This document shows positions 63,457-64,000 of a stretch of 64,000 bases of DNA, piece by piece. The stretch lies in the NCBI RefSeq assembly GCF_009914755.1, contig NC_060925.1. One strand, written 5' to 3'. This stretch comes from the human T2T-CHM13v2.0 reference genome, Homo sapiens. Under the pieces are notes generated by a model. That model had not been told where the DNA came from. It made no database searches and worked only from the letters and a program-made list of their open reading frames with translations. Each line of letters starts with the position of its first letter. Position 1 is the first letter of the stretch. The translations under genes and the position numbers were made by a program.

Positions 63457-64000
63457 TTTGACAAGTACGGGTGAACCTAAAAGAAGAAACAAGATTTCTC
63501 CTGCCGTTAGGATAATGACCACGAGACAGCATTTCCAGAGGGAAAGTGACCCCTCTGGATCTGGGAGAAAGTTTAAGAAGTGAGAGAGCCCCTTCTTAGC
63601 TGTACCCCTTCCTTGCCCTGACTCACAGTCGGGGACCAAATCTCATTGCTATAGTGGGAGATGGTGCAAACTTGGTTCCCTTGCTATAAAAAGAGACAAT
63701 TTCTTAAAAAACAAAAAATGCATTGCAGGTGTTTTACATATCCCATCCTCTACTCCAGACAGGATTCACCTGATTGAAAATCTCATATTAGAACAAAAGG
63801 AGGGGAGGCCAGGAAGCCCAATAGAGGCAGGAATAGAAGCCAGCATAGTAGGGCATAATTTTCGACTAACAACTAGCAAACTGGAGGGGGCACTAAATAG
63901 ATCCCACTGAACAGGTTTCAGTCTTGTAATGAGCCTTTCTTAAGCAAGGAAGAAGGCTGAAAGTCTCTCTTCACGGTCTAAGGAAGCTTTCTGGGAGGCT

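Noticed and set aside
63274-63639. 121-aa ORF as an N-terminally extended repetin
   Set aside because: Runs through intron on both sides of exon 2; a clear acceptor lies at 63477-63478

Overview
Human DNA from the epidermal differentiation complex (1q21.3), recognised from its proteins. Two S100 fused-type protein (SFTP) genes lie on the minus strand. TCHH (trichohyalin) is complete, with TATA box, 3 exons and polyA signal; this allele encodes 1937 aa. RPTN (repetin) is represented by exons 2-3, encoding 784 aa; its exon 1 is outside the window. Between them are a PUDP/HDHD1 processed pseudogene and many repeats (Alu, L1, L2, SVA, MaLR/ERVL LTRs, MER5-type). Highlights: (1) the RPTN stop is a CGA>TGA change inside a repeat unit, and an intact 108-codon in-frame tail ending in the conserved SFTP C-terminal motif is stranded in the 3'UTR; (2) a ~320-bp circularly permuted copy of a locus 3 kb away, with a hairpin at the new junction, as expected from re-integration of a small DNA circle or from template switching; (3) a TCHH haplotype with 8 copies of the 18-bp coding VNTR plus Met at the canonical Leu790 position; (4) one target site apparently used twice by retrotransposition. 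I found no convincing new gene system. Repeat subfamily names, rs numbers and literature recalls are from memory and were not checked.
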